A stretch of 64,000 nt of DNA, taken from positions 1,031 to 65,030 of the forward strand of contig CALZGC010000160.1 of NCBI GenBank assembly GCA_945786985.1, written 5' to 3'. Below are positions 20,456 through 30,923 of this stretch, piece by piece. This DNA comes from an uncultured Nitrospirota bacterium (GTDB lineage Bacteria; CG2-30-53-67). Numbering within the stretch: position 1 is the stretch's first letter; every line of letters starts with the position of its first letter. The position numbers and the translations under genes are program-made. The notes below the pieces were generated by a model. The model saw nothing but the letters and a program-made list of their open reading frames with translations, was not told the origin of the DNA and searched no databases.

Positions 20456-22510
20456 TCAAACATTTATTTCTGTCTCGATGCTGCCGTCCACGGCGCTGCG
20501 GTCTGCGGAGAAGGGGCGGCCTTGGCAGATGGAGGACTTCAAGAAAGCTTCCACCACCTCGGGGGCGAACTGAGTGCCGCTACAGCGCTGAATCTCATCG
20601 CTCGCAAATGCGTGCCCCGGTCCTTTGCGATAGGGCCGGTCTGAAGTGATGGCATCGTAGGTATCGGCCACCGCCAGGATGCGCGCCATGCGTGGGATTT
20701 CTTCACCCCGGAGTCCTTCGGGGTAGCCTTTTCCGTCATGACGCTCATGGTGGTACTGGATGCCCTGGATGATGGGCCCCATTTCTTTGATGTTCTCCAG
20801 AATTCGGACGCCGCAGACGGGATGGGTTTTCATGATTGCAAACTCCTCCCGCGTCAGGCGATCCGGTTTGTTCAGAATAGCCTCCGGAATGGCGATCTTC
20901 CCGATGTCATGAAGGATGGCGGACCGTTCCAGAATGTCCATCTCCGCATCGGGCAGTTCCAGTTCTTCCGCGATGGCCCGGGCAAAGATCGAAACCTTGC
21001 GGGAATGGTTGTGGGTATAGGCATCCTTGGCGTCCACGGCCGCGGCCAATGCCATGATGGTGTCCATGAGCATGGCCTTCTGATCGGCAACGAGTTTGGC
21101 GTTTTCAACGGCGTTGGCTGCCTGATGTCCGAGGGCTTTGAGAAGATCGGCGTCTTCTTCCACGAAATCCCCGGCCGCGGCCTTGTTCATGACGGCAAGA
21201 CCGCCGATCCCGTTTCCCTTGCTGGAAAAGGGCACGGCCAGAAGATTGCGCCATGGCCCCGGCTTCTGTCCGTTTGGCGTCGGGGGGCCGGCGCCGTTTG
21301 TCTCCAATCCGGGCAGAAAGAGAGCTTCGGCGGCACCCTCAAAGAGCCGCGTCACAAACGGCAGGTGGTCGCGGCGCAGCTCCCGGGAAGTCCTTTCCGA
21401 TGAGCCGTGGAGTAGGGGTTCTTCCGGTGGTCCCTCTCTCTTGAGATAGACCAGGGCCTCTTCGGCGGATGTCAGGCTTTTCGCGTAAAGACAGATCTTC
21501 TCGACCAGCTTATTGAGGTCCAGGGTGGCATTGATGGAGAGCGCTATCTTGTTGATCTGCTCGATGATGACGCTACGCTTCTCAAGGTTTTCATAGGTAC
21601 TGACCAATTCGTCCAGCATGCGGTTCAGCTCGTGCTTCGACTGTTTCAGTTCTTCGAGCATTTGGGCGTTGGCGATGGCGATGGCGGCCTGTGAGGTGAG
21701 GGCCGTGAGCAGTTTGAGGTCATTGGACTTGAACGTCGTCTCACTGACTTTGTCGGAAAGGTTCAGCACGCCCAGAAGCTGTCTTTCTCCATGATCGCCC
21801 AACGTCTGAAGGGGGAATGAAATGAAGGAGCCCGTCCGGTATTCTCCTTTGGAGAAAGCCGCCAGATCGGGCCGCTGCCGAATATCCTCCACGAGAAGGG
21901 GCTCGCCCGCGCGGAGCACCTCCGTGCAAAGAGTGTCGGACAGCTCCAGTGAAACCGAATGGAATGCGTCTGTGGAGACCCCGTGGGCCGCTACAATGTG
22001 GAGCCGTTTCCTTTGACGGTCGAACAGCAAAACCGAGCCCCTTTCGGCTCGCGTGACGATGGCTGCCTGGCGTAGAATGATGGCCGAGACTCGCTGAACA
22101 TCCTGTATGTTTCCCAAGGCGTCGGCGACTCGGTAGAGCATGTTGATGACTTCATAGTTCGCGATGACTTCCCGGGAGAAGCTTTCAATCTCAGCGCGGT
22201 TTCGAAGGTATTCCGCCAGAACACGGTGCGCCAGACGAACTGCCTTTTGCACAACGGAGATGTCACAGCCGTCCCGGCCGATCCCCCCGATCTCGGCGAG
22301 GGGCACGCTCCCGATGCGGATCTCCTCAGTTGCCGCACAATGTTCTGCAGGGTTGTGCGCCCCCGCCACCGTGTTGGACACGGCCGTATGGGTGGCAAGG
22401 TGACGCGCATGGAGGGCCACGCCGGACACGTCGCCGATCTGGTCCAGCACGGTTTTCACGTGGGCCCTGCTCTTAGCGTCCCAGGGAATCCAGGACTCTT
22501 GCTCCGCCAT
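20456..22510 (-). CDS. GAF-GAF-HD-GYP cyclic-di-GMP phosphodiesterase
   Basis: HDIGK..., HHERHDGKGYP HD-GYP motif at the C-terminus; two GAF-like regions; start at MAEQES with GGAGG RBS. Confidence 0.8.
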   Translation of the reverse strand: MAEQESWIPWDAKSRAHVKTVLDQIGDVSGVALHARHLATHTAVSNTVAGAHNPAEHCAATEEIRIGSVPLAEIGGIGRDGCDISVVQKAVRLAHRVLAEYLRNRAEIESFSREVIANYEVINMLYRVADALGNIQDVQRVSAIILRQAAIVTRAERGSVLLFDRQRKRLHIVAAHGVSTDAFHSVSLELSDTLCTEVLRAGEPLLVEDIRQRPDLAAFSKGEYRTGSFISFPLQTLGDHGERQLLGVLNLSDKVSETTFKSNDLKLLTALTSQAAIAIANAQMLEELKQSKHELNRMLDELVSTYENLEKRSVIIEQINKIALSINATLDLNKLVEKICLYAKSLTSAEEALVYLKREGPPEEPLLHGSSERTSRELRRDHLPFVTRLFEGAAEALFLPGLETNGAGPPTPNGQKPGPWRNLLAVPFSSKGNGIGGLAVMNKAAAGDFVEEDADLLKALGHQAANAVENAKLVADQKAMLMDTIMALAAAVDAKDAYTHNHSRKVSIFARAIAEELELPDAEMDILERSAILHDIGKIAIPEAILNKPDRLTREEFAIMKTHPVCGVRILENIKEMGPIIQGIQYHHERHDGKGYPEGLRGEEIPRMARILAVADTYDAITSDRPYRKGPGHAFASDEIQRCSGTQFAPEVVEAFLKSSICQGRPFSADRSAVDGSIETEINV

Positions 22511-22646
22511 GGTGACCTCCCCTTCCAGATGTTGCTGCGGCTGAATGGTCCTTAACATGAAATGAAACGGCAGGTCGGATCGCTCCAACCCCCCCAATGG
22601 TGCCGCGGTCACCCCATCTATCGGCTGAAAGGCACGATTTCTTTAA

Positions 22647-22823
22647 CCCGGATATTTTGCATGCGTGATCGTCATGAGAGGGCCCAGCGGTAATGGAGGC
22701 TTCAGAGGGAAGGCGCAGAAGATTTGCTGGCTGAAGACATATTGAAATGTTTCAAAGTCAGCAAATCTTCTGTAACGCCGCATGTGGCAGACTATCCGGC
22801 CTCGTAATAGATAATATCCGGGT
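22647..22823 (-). mobile_element. MITE-like element, copy C (about 177 bp, inverted relative to copy A)
   Basis: reverse complement of the copy A termini and internal module; contains the 14-bp inverted repeat CAGAAGATTTGCTG...CAGCAAATCTTCTG. Confidence 0.85.
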
Positions 22824-22933
22824 CAATCAAAACGACCGCTCGGGCCCCCATGGGAGCTTCGTTCAGGCCTCTGGGTACCCCGCGTCGGCCGGAGACGGCT
22901 TGGATCGTGTAACTCCTTAAAAAATAAAGTCTC

Positions 22934-22963
22934 TTGACAAAGAGAGGGGCGAGCCCCTATAAT
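22934..22963 (+). promoter_or_regulatory. consensus sigma-70 promoter (TTGACA-18-TATAAT) upstream of the LysM gene
   Basis: -35 at 22934-22939, -10 at 22958-22963, read directly. Confidence 0.6.
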
Positions 22964-23060
22964 TTTCGTAAGAAGGAAGAAGCTTCCACGACAGTCACGG
23001 CAGGGACTCAGGTATGTCTCTCATCATGGCAGTTCCCCAACTCTAAACAAAGGAGTCAAC

Positions 23061-24143
23061 ATGAAACGAGAACTTCTGATGTGCTCCCTGAGCCTTTTCA
23101 TGGGATCCCTCTTTTTTCTCTATGGGATGACCGGATTGGCTGACACCGCAGCCGGATCGGACGGGCGGCTGCACAACGTGATCCGAGGGGACACCTTGTG
23201 GGATGTTTCCCAGCAATATCTGGAGAACCCCTACTTCTGGCCTAAAGTCTGGCAGTATAATTCGCATATCCAGAATCCGCACCTCATCTACCCGGGTGAA
23301 AAGGTGCGCATTCCGACGCGCGAAGAGCTCGCACAAATGGGTGTCGCCGCACCGACCCGACCCGCATCAAACGGCGCGGTGGGCGCCGTTCAGACCGTGC
23401 AGGGTTATCTGGTGGAGCGGGATCTTCTCGAATCGTCGGGATACATCCTGGGCCAGGACGAAGCGGCCGGTGAAGGGGCCATCGTCTCGAGCTGGGAAGA
23501 AAAAATGATGCTGGTGGAGCGGGATCCGGTGCACGTGAGTCTCGGTTCTGTGGACGGTGTCAAGGTCAATGACCTTTTCGAGGTTATTCGCCCCGGAGAC
23601 CCTGTGGTGCATCCTGTGACCCGCGCGAAACTCGGCCGGCAATCGATGGTGCTGGGCATTCTCAAGATCACCCGCGTCGAGGAGAAGATTTCCAATGCCA
23701 AGATTGTGAAGGCCTACGACCCCATCGAGGTGGGCGACAAAGTTCGGCGGTACCGTCCGCAGCCCCTGGTCGGTGTCAACGACCTGAGCACCGAAGACAA
23801 AACGATCTACGGGATGATCTTGAAGAACACACGCAGCAAGGAAAATCTGGCCGTTCGGGACACGGTCTTCATCGATGTCGGCTCGGACGACACCGTCAGG
23901 GCCGGGGACCGTTTTCTCATTTACCGCGGGGGTGAACCGTTTCAGGTCAGCCGCCCGGATGCACTCGCGTCAGGAATCACCGAGTATCCCCCCGATGTTA
24001 TGGGGGAGCTGGTCGTGCTCAAGACAGCCAAGAATACCGCGACGGCTGTCATCGTTGAGGAACTCTATGAAATCACCCCTGGGGATCGTGTGAAATACGT
24101 CCCCCGCTCGGTTCCTCCGATCAAGAAGTACGATTTGAATTAG
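23061..24143 (+). CDS. LysM-domain protein (secreted)
   Basis: signal peptide; LysM motif HNVIRGDTLWDVSQQY...IYPGEKVRIP. Confidence 0.75.
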   Translation: MKRELLMCSLSLFMGSLFFLYGMTGLADTAAGSDGRLHNVIRGDTLWDVSQQYLENPYFWPKVWQYNSHIQNPHLIYPGEKVRIPTREELAQMGVAAPTRPASNGAVGAVQTVQGYLVERDLLESSGYILGQDEAAGEGAIVSSWEEKMMLVERDPVHVSLGSVDGVKVNDLFEVIRPGDPVVHPVTRAKLGRQSMVLGILKITRVEEKISNAKIVKAYDPIEVGDKVRRYRPQPLVGVNDLSTEDKTIYGMILKNTRSKENLAVRDTVFIDVGSDDTVRAGDRFLIYRGGEPFQVSRPDALASGITEYPPDVMGELVVLKTAKNTATAVIVEELYEITPGDRVKYVPRSVPPIKKYDLN

Positions 24144-24184
24144 CCCGTAAGACGGCAATCATTATATCACTTTTGCAACGCAGA

Positions 24185-24214
24185 CGCCCGCCGCATATGG
24201 CGGGCGTTTTTTAT
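24185..24214 (+). terminator. rho-independent terminator after the LysM gene
   Basis: ACGCCCGCC-GCATAT-GGCGGGCGT followed by TTTTTT. Confidence 0.75.
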
Positions 24215-24975
24215 ACGCTCACATAGGTCGCCGCCAAGGTAACCAGGCCCACCTGTTCTGCCCCTGCCTGTTTCAGGACGCGGGCGCACTCGTTCGCCGT
24301 GGCGCCCGTGGTGAGCACATCGTCTACCAGCAGCACCCGCGAAGAGACAAGCCGCACGTCACCGCGCACCGCGAAACAACCGCGCACGTTCCGATGCCGC
24401 GCCGCCCCCTTCAAACCGACCTGGGGTTGCGCTGCGCGGGTCCGCATCAGCCTATCCAACACCAGGGGGAGACCGAGGAGCGACGCTACTTCCCGACCGA
24501 TGACAGCGGATTGATTAAAGCCGCGCATCCGAAGCCGCCGAGGGTCCAGCGGTACGGGGACGACCAGATCGTACGTTCCCTGCAGGGAGGCGAGACGGGG
24601 TCGGCACCACTGGACGAACGCACGGCCCAGTTGCCAGTAACCCTGGTATTTGAATAGATGGATCGCTTCCCGCGCAGCGCCCTGGAAGTAGAAGAGTCCG
24701 AGGGCGTGATCCAAGTCGGGGGGCGTTAGCCGACACGGGCCACAGCGAAAGCCGGGCACCATCTCGTCAAGGTCCGGGGCGGCCAGGGGTCGTCCACAGG
24801 TGGGACAGCGGGGCGCTGCAATCGGGTGAATGCCCTGCCGGCAGGTCTTGCAGAGCGAAAGAGACCGAGCAGGTCCCAGTAGTTCTGCGCAAAGCGCACA
24901 TCGGCTGGGGAGCAGGACCTCCAGGATTATCCCGGATATTGCATGCGTAAATCTATTACGAGTCATGACGATCAC
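24211..24975 (-). CDS. comF: ComF family protein (phosphoribosyltransferase with an N-terminal double zinc ribbon); 5' end lies inside a MITE
   Basis: CALC...CKTC...CPTCG...CGPC ribbons; C-terminal PRTase motif VLLVDDVLTTGAT; no canonical start exists downstream of the MITE boundary. Confidence 0.75.
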   Translation of the reverse strand: MIVMTRNRFTHAISGIILEVLLPSRCALCAELLGPARSLSLCKTCRQGIHPIAAPRCPTCGRPLAAPDLDEMVPGFRCGPCRLTPPDLDHALGLFYFQGAAREAIHLFKYQGYWQLGRAFVQWCRPRLASLQGTYDLVVPVPLDPRRLRMRGFNQSAVIGREVASLLGLPLVLDRLMRTRAAQPQVGLKGAARHRNVRGCFAVRGDVRLVSSRVLLVDDVLTTGATANECARVLKQAGAEQVGLVTLAATYVSV

Positions 24976-24993
24976 TCATGCAATATCCGGGCT
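24930..24993 (+). mobile_element. MITE-like element, copy D (minimal about 64 bp, termini only)
   Basis: CCCGGATATTGCATGCGTAAATCTATTACGAG + TCATGACGATCACTCATGCAATATCCGGGC; overlaps the first about 15 codons of the comF ORF. Confidence 0.8.
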
Positions 24994-25052
24994 AGCCGCA
25001 AGGCCGAATTCCAGAGCATCTTCATGATCCGGGGAGCAGGCCCGACGGGCCT

Positions 25053-26606
25053 TCAGGTCAGGAGCGATTTGCCGGTCATGGCCGCGGGCGGCGGAATATT
25101 CAGCAGGTGCAGGAGCGTCGGCGCCACGTCCGCCAGAATGCCGTCTTCCCGCAGGCGGACCCCCTCTCGGGTCACGATCAGCGGAACCGGATTTGTGGTG
25201 TGCGCTGTGTACGGCTCCCGGCCTCCCGGTTCGCACACCGTTTCACAGTTGCCGTGATCGGCGGTAATGACCAGGGTTCCTCCCTTGCGCCCGATGGCCT
25301 CGTGAATGCGCCCGATGCAGCCATCGACGGTTTTGACGGCGCGAATAGCTGCCTCGAGCACGCCCGTATGACCCACCATATCGCCGTTGGCAAAATTGAG
25401 TATGATGACGTCGAAGTAGTCTCGCTCAATCTGTCGGATAACCTCGTCGGTCACAGCCACGGCACTCATCTCGGGTTTCTGGTCGTAGGTGGTCACGTTC
25501 CGGGGCGACGGAATCAGAATCCGTTCTTCTCCGGGATATTTGTGTTCCTCCCCCCCGTTGAAGAAGAAGGTTACGTGGGCGTATTTCTCCGTTTCCGCAA
25601 TGCGAAGCTGTTTCAGACCGGCCCGAGCGATCACTTCCGGGAAGATGTCGGTCAGCGTCAGCGGCGGAAAGGCAATGGGAAGTGAGAACGTTTCATCGTA
25701 TTCCGTCATGCAGATGAACGGCGAAATGTCGAGCTTCTCGCGCGTGAAGCCGGAGAAGCCCTCCTGGGTAAACGCCCGAGTGATCTGGCGCGCCCGGTCG
25801 GCCCGAAAGTTGTAAAAGATGATCCCATCGCCGGGACGGACCGTTGCCGGCTGCGTTCCATTGGGCGCAATACTCACCGGCCGTACGAACTCATCGGTTA
25901 CATCCTTTCGATACGAGGCCAGCACGGCCTCTCGTGCAGAGGGTTGGGTGGCCCCCCCCCGAACCATGGTTTGGTAGGCTGCCTGCACCCGCTCCCAGCG
26001 GTTGTCGCGATCCATGGCGTAGAAGCGTCCCATGATGGTAGCAATCTTCCCGGTCCGAATTTTCTCCTGATAGGCCTGAAGCTGCTCCACATACGTGACC
26101 CCGCTCAAGGGCGGTGTGTCCCGTCCGTCCAGGATGGCATGCACCCAGACATCGCGGATGCTTTTCCGCTTGGCCAGTTCAAGAAGCGCCGTCAGATGAT
26201 CCATATGACTGTGGACGCCGCCGTCGGAAAGGAGCCCCATCAGGTGCAGGGCACTGCCGCGCGCACGGACGGTATCACAGGCTTCGGTCAAAGTCGCGTT
26301 CTCAAAGAACTCGCCCTTTTCAATCGAGCGGCTGATGCGGGTGAAATCCTGATAGACCACCCGGCCGGCCCCCAGATTCTCGTGGCCCACCTCGGAGTTT
26401 CCCATCTGTCCAGGAGGCAGGCCCACGGCGTGGCCCGAGGTTTCAATCAGTGTGTGCGGGTAGCGCTCGGTCAGGTGGTACAGGACGGGCGTGTTGGCCG
26501 GGACGGCCGCATTGCACTCGGGATCCTTCCGGTAGCCCCAGCCATCGAGAACCATCAGCATGAGCAGTCTGTTCTTCTTCGAATGCAACGGCTCAGGCAT
26601 TTTCAC
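25053..26606 (-). CDS. gpmI: 2,3-bisphosphoglycerate-independent phosphoglycerate mutase
   Basis: LMVLDGWG, metalloenzyme/iPGM motifs, 517 aa. Confidence 0.9.
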   Translation of the reverse strand: MKMPEPLHSKKNRLLMLMVLDGWGYRKDPECNAAVPANTPVLYHLTERYPHTLIETSGHAVGLPPGQMGNSEVGHENLGAGRVVYQDFTRISRSIEKGEFFENATLTEACDTVRARGSALHLMGLLSDGGVHSHMDHLTALLELAKRKSIRDVWVHAILDGRDTPPLSGVTYVEQLQAYQEKIRTGKIATIMGRFYAMDRDNRWERVQAAYQTMVRGGATQPSAREAVLASYRKDVTDEFVRPVSIAPNGTQPATVRPGDGIIFYNFRADRARQITRAFTQEGFSGFTREKLDISPFICMTEYDETFSLPIAFPPLTLTDIFPEVIARAGLKQLRIAETEKYAHVTFFFNGGEEHKYPGEERILIPSPRNVTTYDQKPEMSAVAVTDEVIRQIERDYFDVIILNFANGDMVGHTGVLEAAIRAVKTVDGCIGRIHEAIGRKGGTLVITADHGNCETVCEPGGREPYTAHTTNPVPLIVTREGVRLREDGILADVAPTLLHLLNIPPPAAMTGKSLLT

Positions 26607-27939
26607 TAACGGCGGCGGGGAGACCCGACGGCATCGCCTCTTTCGGCGATGTCTGATTGAGGTTGATGGAAAGGGTGTTCGGGCGGTGGCAGTTGGTGCA
26701 CAGGCTCATCCATTCGCTCTGTTCATGCCCGCATTCGCCGCAGGCGTAAGGAGTGAAGATGGGCCGTTTGAAATCTACGGACTTCTTGAACTCCTCCATG
26801 GCATCTTCCGTGCGCCCCCGTTTGTAATAGAGATCACCCAGAATCTGGCGCATGATCGGAAACTGGACCCCCTGATGAACCAGACTCTCAAGAATCTCCT
26901 GGGCGTCATCGATCATCTCGAGCCGGTAGTAAAGCTTTCCCAGCAGGAAATTGTAAGCGGGGTTTTCCGGAAAACGTGCCACTGCCTCCTTGTGAATCTT
27001 GATAATGCTCGCCGGGTCTTCCTGATTGAGGTAATGCTTGTCCAGCAGCTCCAGGAAAACCATGGCGCCTGTCTCCTTGAAGCCTCTGTTCCAGATCTTC
27101 AGGGCCTCCTTGTCCTGCCCCTGACTCTTGTAGATCTTGCCCAACTCCACGTAGGGCGCCACCATGGACTTGTCCGTTTTCAGCAGGTCCGAGTAGAGCT
27201 TCACCGCCTTGTCCCGGTCCTGTTCCGAATCCAGGTGCGTTGCACTCATGAGCTGATAATAGTGCAGCCGCTCCTTCTCCTTAGGATCTTTCTTGAAATT
27301 CCAGAAGTCTTTCTGCAACTCAAGCAGCTTCTCCCAGGCCCCTTCCTGCTCGTGAAGTTCCCGCAGCTTCAGGAAGGCGCTGACATTTCGCTCGTCGATC
27401 TTGAGGACACTCTGGTAAACGTCCACCGCCTCTGCCTGGAGCCCGGCGCGCCGGAAGTCCTTGCCGAGGGCAAACAGCACTGACAGATTGCCGAAGTCGA
27501 GGGCCCGGGCCTGGTTGTGGTAGCGGATGGCCTCGGGGTAGTTGCCCTGGTAACGGTAGACGTCCCCCATTCGTACGAGAGCATCCATGTGCTTGGGGTC
27601 TTTGTCCAGAATCTTCTGAAAGGATTTCAGAGCTTCGTCCCGGTTCTTGCTCAGCAGGTGGTTCACCCCCTCACGGTAAAGCTCCATGATCTTTTCTTTT
27701 TTCTTTGCGCGGGCCTTTTCACGCATGTCGACGATGCCCCGTTTGGTATCCCGCAGGGCTACCAGCCCCATCATCAGGAATGCGCCGGCCACCACTGCGC
27801 TCAAAACCAGGAGGCTGACGGACACGGGCCAGGATTTGCCCGGGAGCAGGGAAAGATCAATGGTCCCCTGGTTCAGGTGGGTCAGATAAAAGATGGCCGC
27901 AATGAAAATCAGAATGCCGAGGAAGACGCGTATAATCAT
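26593..27939 (-). CDS. lapB: lipopolysaccharide assembly protein LapB (YciM): TPR plus a C-terminal rubredoxin-like finger
   Basis: N-terminal TM, TPR repeats, C-terminal [19 protein letters not shown]; lies next to rlmH as in other bacteria. Confidence 0.75.
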   Translation of the reverse strand: MIIRVFLGILIFIAAIFYLTHLNQGTIDLSLLPGKSWPVSVSLLVLSAVVAGAFLMMGLVALRDTKRGIVDMREKARAKKKEKIMELYREGVNHLLSKNRDEALKSFQKILDKDPKHMDALVRMGDVYRYQGNYPEAIRYHNQARALDFGNLSVLFALGKDFRRAGLQAEAVDVYQSVLKIDERNVSAFLKLRELHEQEGAWEKLLELQKDFWNFKKDPKEKERLHYYQLMSATHLDSEQDRDKAVKLYSDLLKTDKSMVAPYVELGKIYKSQGQDKEALKIWNRGFKETGAMVFLELLDKHYLNQEDPASIIKIHKEAVARFPENPAYNFLLGKLYYRLEMIDDAQEILESLVHQGVQFPIMRQILGDLYYKRGRTEDAMEEFKKSVDFKRPIFTPYACGECGHEQSEWMSLCTNCHRPNTLSINLNQTSPKEAMPSGLPAAVSENA

Positions 27940-27956
27940 CCCTTCTCCTTTCCGCT

Positions 27957-28427
27957 TTACCGGTGATACCGCTTGCCGTTGAGGATGGTGAACCCCCGAT
28001 AAAGCTGCTCCAGCAGCATCAGACGGGACAGTTCGTGCGGGAAGGTCATGCGGGAGAGAGACAGAACCTCATCCGCTCGCGCACGAACCGTCTCGGCCAC
28101 CCCGTTGGCCCCACCGATTACAAAAGTAAGGCTCCGTGCCGGCTGCACCAGCCGCTTCCTGAGAAACGCCGCAAGCCGCTCGGACGTCATCTGAGTGCCC
28201 TGCCGGTCCATGAGGACGACCCGATCCCGGGGATCGAGTTTCTTGAGAATTTTCTCTCCATCCCGACGCAGCCCTTTGTCCGTTTCCGTCTGTTTCCCAC
28301 TGCGGGTCTCCTTGATCCGTATCTCCTCCACCGGGTGGTAGAGCCGAGCCTGTTTCAGAAAACGCTCCGTGCCCCGGCGGATGTAGTCGTCCTCGGTCCT
28401 CCCCATCGAAATGATCCGGATTTTCAT
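27957..28427 (-). CDS. rlmH: 23S rRNA (pseudouridine1915-N3)-methyltransferase RlmH
   Basis: SPOUT fold motifs, 156 aa, nadD-rsfS-rlmH synteny. Confidence 0.85.
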   Translation of the reverse strand: MKIRIISMGRTEDDYIRRGTERFLKQARLYHPVEEIRIKETRSGKQTETDKGLRRDGEKILKKLDPRDRVVLMDRQGTQMTSERLAAFLRKRLVQPARSLTFVIGGANGVAETVRARADEVLSLSRMTFPHELSRLMLLEQLYRGFTILNGKRYHR

Positions 28428-28439
28428 ACGATCCAGTCA

Positions 28440-28775
28440 TCAGTCGAGATCGCTCGGCTTCAGGCGGGGGGCATCGCCCCAGAGTCTTTCAAGATTGTAA
28501 TAGGCCCGGGTCTCCTCCAGGAAAACGTGCACCACAGTGTCGCCGTAATCCAGCAGAATCCACTTCCCCTCGGCGGCCCCTTCTATGTGATCCGGTTCTA
28601 CACGGCGGCGGGACAGGCTCTCTTCGATCTCCTCTGCGATGGCCTTCACCTGCCGGGTGGAAGTGCCGCTGCAGATCACGAAATAGTCAGCGAAGATGGT
28701 CAGCCCGGACAAATCCAGGATTTCAAGGTCGAGCGCTTTCTTGTCCAGACCCGCCTTCACACAGTGGCTTGTCAA
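28440..28775 (-). CDS. rsfS: ribosome silencing factor RsfS (Iojap)
   Basis: FADYFVICSGTSTRQVKAIAEEI Iojap signature. Confidence 0.85.
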   Translation of the reverse strand: MTSHCVKAGLDKKALDLEILDLSGLTIFADYFVICSGTSTRQVKAIAEEIEESLSRRRVEPDHIEGAAEGKWILLDYGDTVVHVFLEETRAYYNLERLWGDAPRLKPSDLD

Positions 28776-28959
28776 CCCCTTGCTATCTATCGCGCTACCT
28801 CACGGCCGTAAAATCCTCTTCCGACAACATCACCAAGCCTCCCGCGCCGCCCGTTGACCCGTTTGTGGCTGGCAGGCGGCAACGTTCGCTGCCTGAACCC
28901 GGCCACCGAATCACGGCTCCACCATATCGTCCAGGTAGGTTTTTTGCAACCGAAGCGGC

Positions 28960-29616
28960 TTACGATCGGTTTTCTTTGTCGGAGTATAAATGATGCGAAA
29001 GTATATATGATTCAACGGAACCCGGCAAGAGGTATTTCACCGAACGCCCCCGGTTGAGCCGATCCCGGATGAGGGTCGATGAGATCCCGATGGGGAAAAC
29101 ATCGTGGAACCACAGGGTCCGCCCATGGGGTAGGGCGATGCTCTGGGCGTCGGTGGGCGGCGCGATCCCCAGAATGTCCGAGAGCACCTGATGGGCCTGA
29201 TCAAAGGGGAACCCGGGCCTCGAGTTGATCACAAAATTGCAAAGAGCAAACAGTTTTTTCGGCTCCCGCCAGGTGGCGATTTCGAGGAAGGCATCGATGC
29301 CCAGCACGAAGTAAAGGGCTGCCTCGCGGCCCCACTCCCGGCGGAAGGCCTCGGCAGTCTCCACGGAGTAGGAGCGTCCGCTGCGTTCATGTTCTATGGC
29401 GGAGACGTCAAATCGGGGATTGTCCGAGACCGCCAGCCGAGCCATTTCGAGGCGGTGCGCACCATCGATGAGATCGGGCGAAGGCTTGTGCGGCGGACGT
29501 GCGGACGGCACAAAGAGCATCCGGTCAAGATCAAAGGCTTCCCGGACTTGCTCCGCCGTGATCAGATGCCCCATATGAATGGGGTTGAAGGTCCCGCCGA
29601 AAATGCCGAGCCGCAT
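28960..29616 (-). CDS. nadD: nicotinate-nucleotide adenylyltransferase
   Basis: GIFGGTFNPIHMGHL (H/T-x-G-H) nucleotidyltransferase motif. Confidence 0.9.
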   Translation of the reverse strand: MRLGIFGGTFNPIHMGHLITAEQVREAFDLDRMLFVPSARPPHKPSPDLIDGAHRLEMARLAVSDNPRFDVSAIEHERSGRSYSVETAEAFRREWGREAALYFVLGIDAFLEIATWREPKKLFALCNFVINSRPGFPFDQAHQVLSDILGIAPPTDAQSIALPHGRTLWFHDVFPIGISSTLIRDRLNRGRSVKYLLPGSVESYILSHHLYSDKENRS

Positions 29617-29657
29617 CAGACGCCGCCTCCCCCGGCCAACCTCCCCCGCAGGGTCCG

Positions 29658-30917
29658 CTATTCGCGTATCTGGCCGTCGCCGAAAATGATAAATTTGTAA
29701 CTGGTGAGTTCTTCCAGGCCCATGGGGCCGCGAGCGTGCAGGCGGTTTGTGCTGATACCGATTTCGGCGCCGAAGCCGAACTCGTAGCCGTCGGTGAAGC
29801 GGGTCGATGCATTCACATAAACCGCCGATGCGTCCACTTCTTCCAGAAATCGCCGGGCCCTTTCGTAGTCCCGGGTCACGATGGCTTCGGAGTGCTGCGA
29901 GCCGTATTGGTTGATATGGTCCATGGCCTCCGACAGAGACGCGACCACGCGCACGGAGAGAATGAGGTCATTGTATTCCGTGTGCCAGTCGGTTTCGGTG
30001 GCGTTGACACTCCCCGGAACCAACTCGCAGGTTCTCGGGCAGCCCCGGATTTCCACCCCCGCCTCGGTGAGGCGCCTGCCCAACTCGGCCAGGAGGGTCT
30101 CGGCGGTCGCTTCGTGGATCAACAGGGTCTCCATGGCGTTGCAGACCCCGGGGCGCTGGCACTTGGCGTTCATGACGATCCGAATGGCCATCTCCCCATC
30201 GGCATCGCTGTCTATGTAGGTGTGGCAGACGCCTTTGTCATGTTTGATGACGGGAATGGTGGCGTTCTCGCAAACCGTTCGGATCAGCCCCTCCCCCCCT
30301 CGGGGAATGATGAGATCCACGTAGCGGTCCATCTTCAGCAGGTGCATCACCGCCTCCCGGTCGGTCCGGTCGATGAATTGCAGGGCGCCGTCGGGCACCC
30401 CCGCTTCCCGGGCGGCATCGGCGAGGATCTTTACAATGGCTTCGTTCGAATGGATGGCCTCCGAGCCGCCCCGGAGCACCACGGCGTTGCCGGCCTTCAG
30501 GCAGAGGCTTGCCGCGTCGGCCGTGACATTGGGCCGCGATTCGTAGATGATCCCGATCACTCCGATGGGCACGCGGACCTTTCCGATTCGAAGGTTGTTG
30601 GGACGCTTCCACATGCGCATCACTTCGCCCACCGGATCGGGCAGTTCGGCCACCTCCCGCAGCCCTGTCGCCATGGCAGCGATCCGAGCGTCGTCCAGGC
30701 GCAAACGGTCGATCATAGCGTCCGAGAGACCCTTGTCCCGGGCGGCTGCCAGGTCCTTGAGGTTGGCCTCCTGAAGGGATTCCTTCCCTGCCTCCAGGCG
30801 GTCCGCCATGCGCAGCAGGGCCCTGTTCTTCACGCCCGAGCCGAGGCGGGCAAGGGCGCGTGCCGCGGTTTTGGCCTCTTTCACTTTGTTTTCCACCAGA
30901 GCTTGCAGCGTCATCAT
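29658..30917 (-). CDS. proA: gamma-glutamyl phosphate reductase
   Basis: ALDH-superfamily ProA motifs, 419 aa, adjacent to proB. Confidence 0.9.
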   Translation of the reverse strand: MMTLQALVENKVKEAKTAARALARLGSGVKNRALLRMADRLEAGKESLQEANLKDLAAARDKGLSDAMIDRLRLDDARIAAMATGLREVAELPDPVGEVMRMWKRPNNLRIGKVRVPIGVIGIIYESRPNVTADAASLCLKAGNAVVLRGGSEAIHSNEAIVKILADAAREAGVPDGALQFIDRTDREAVMHLLKMDRYVDLIIPRGGEGLIRTVCENATIPVIKHDKGVCHTYIDSDADGEMAIRIVMNAKCQRPGVCNAMETLLIHEATAETLLAELGRRLTEAGVEIRGCPRTCELVPGSVNATETDWHTEYNDLILSVRVVASLSEAMDHINQYGSQHSEAIVTRDYERARRFLEEVDASAVYVNASTRFTDGYEFGFGAEIGISTNRLHARGPMGLEELTSYKFIIFGDGQIRE

Positions 30918-30923
30918 CGACTC

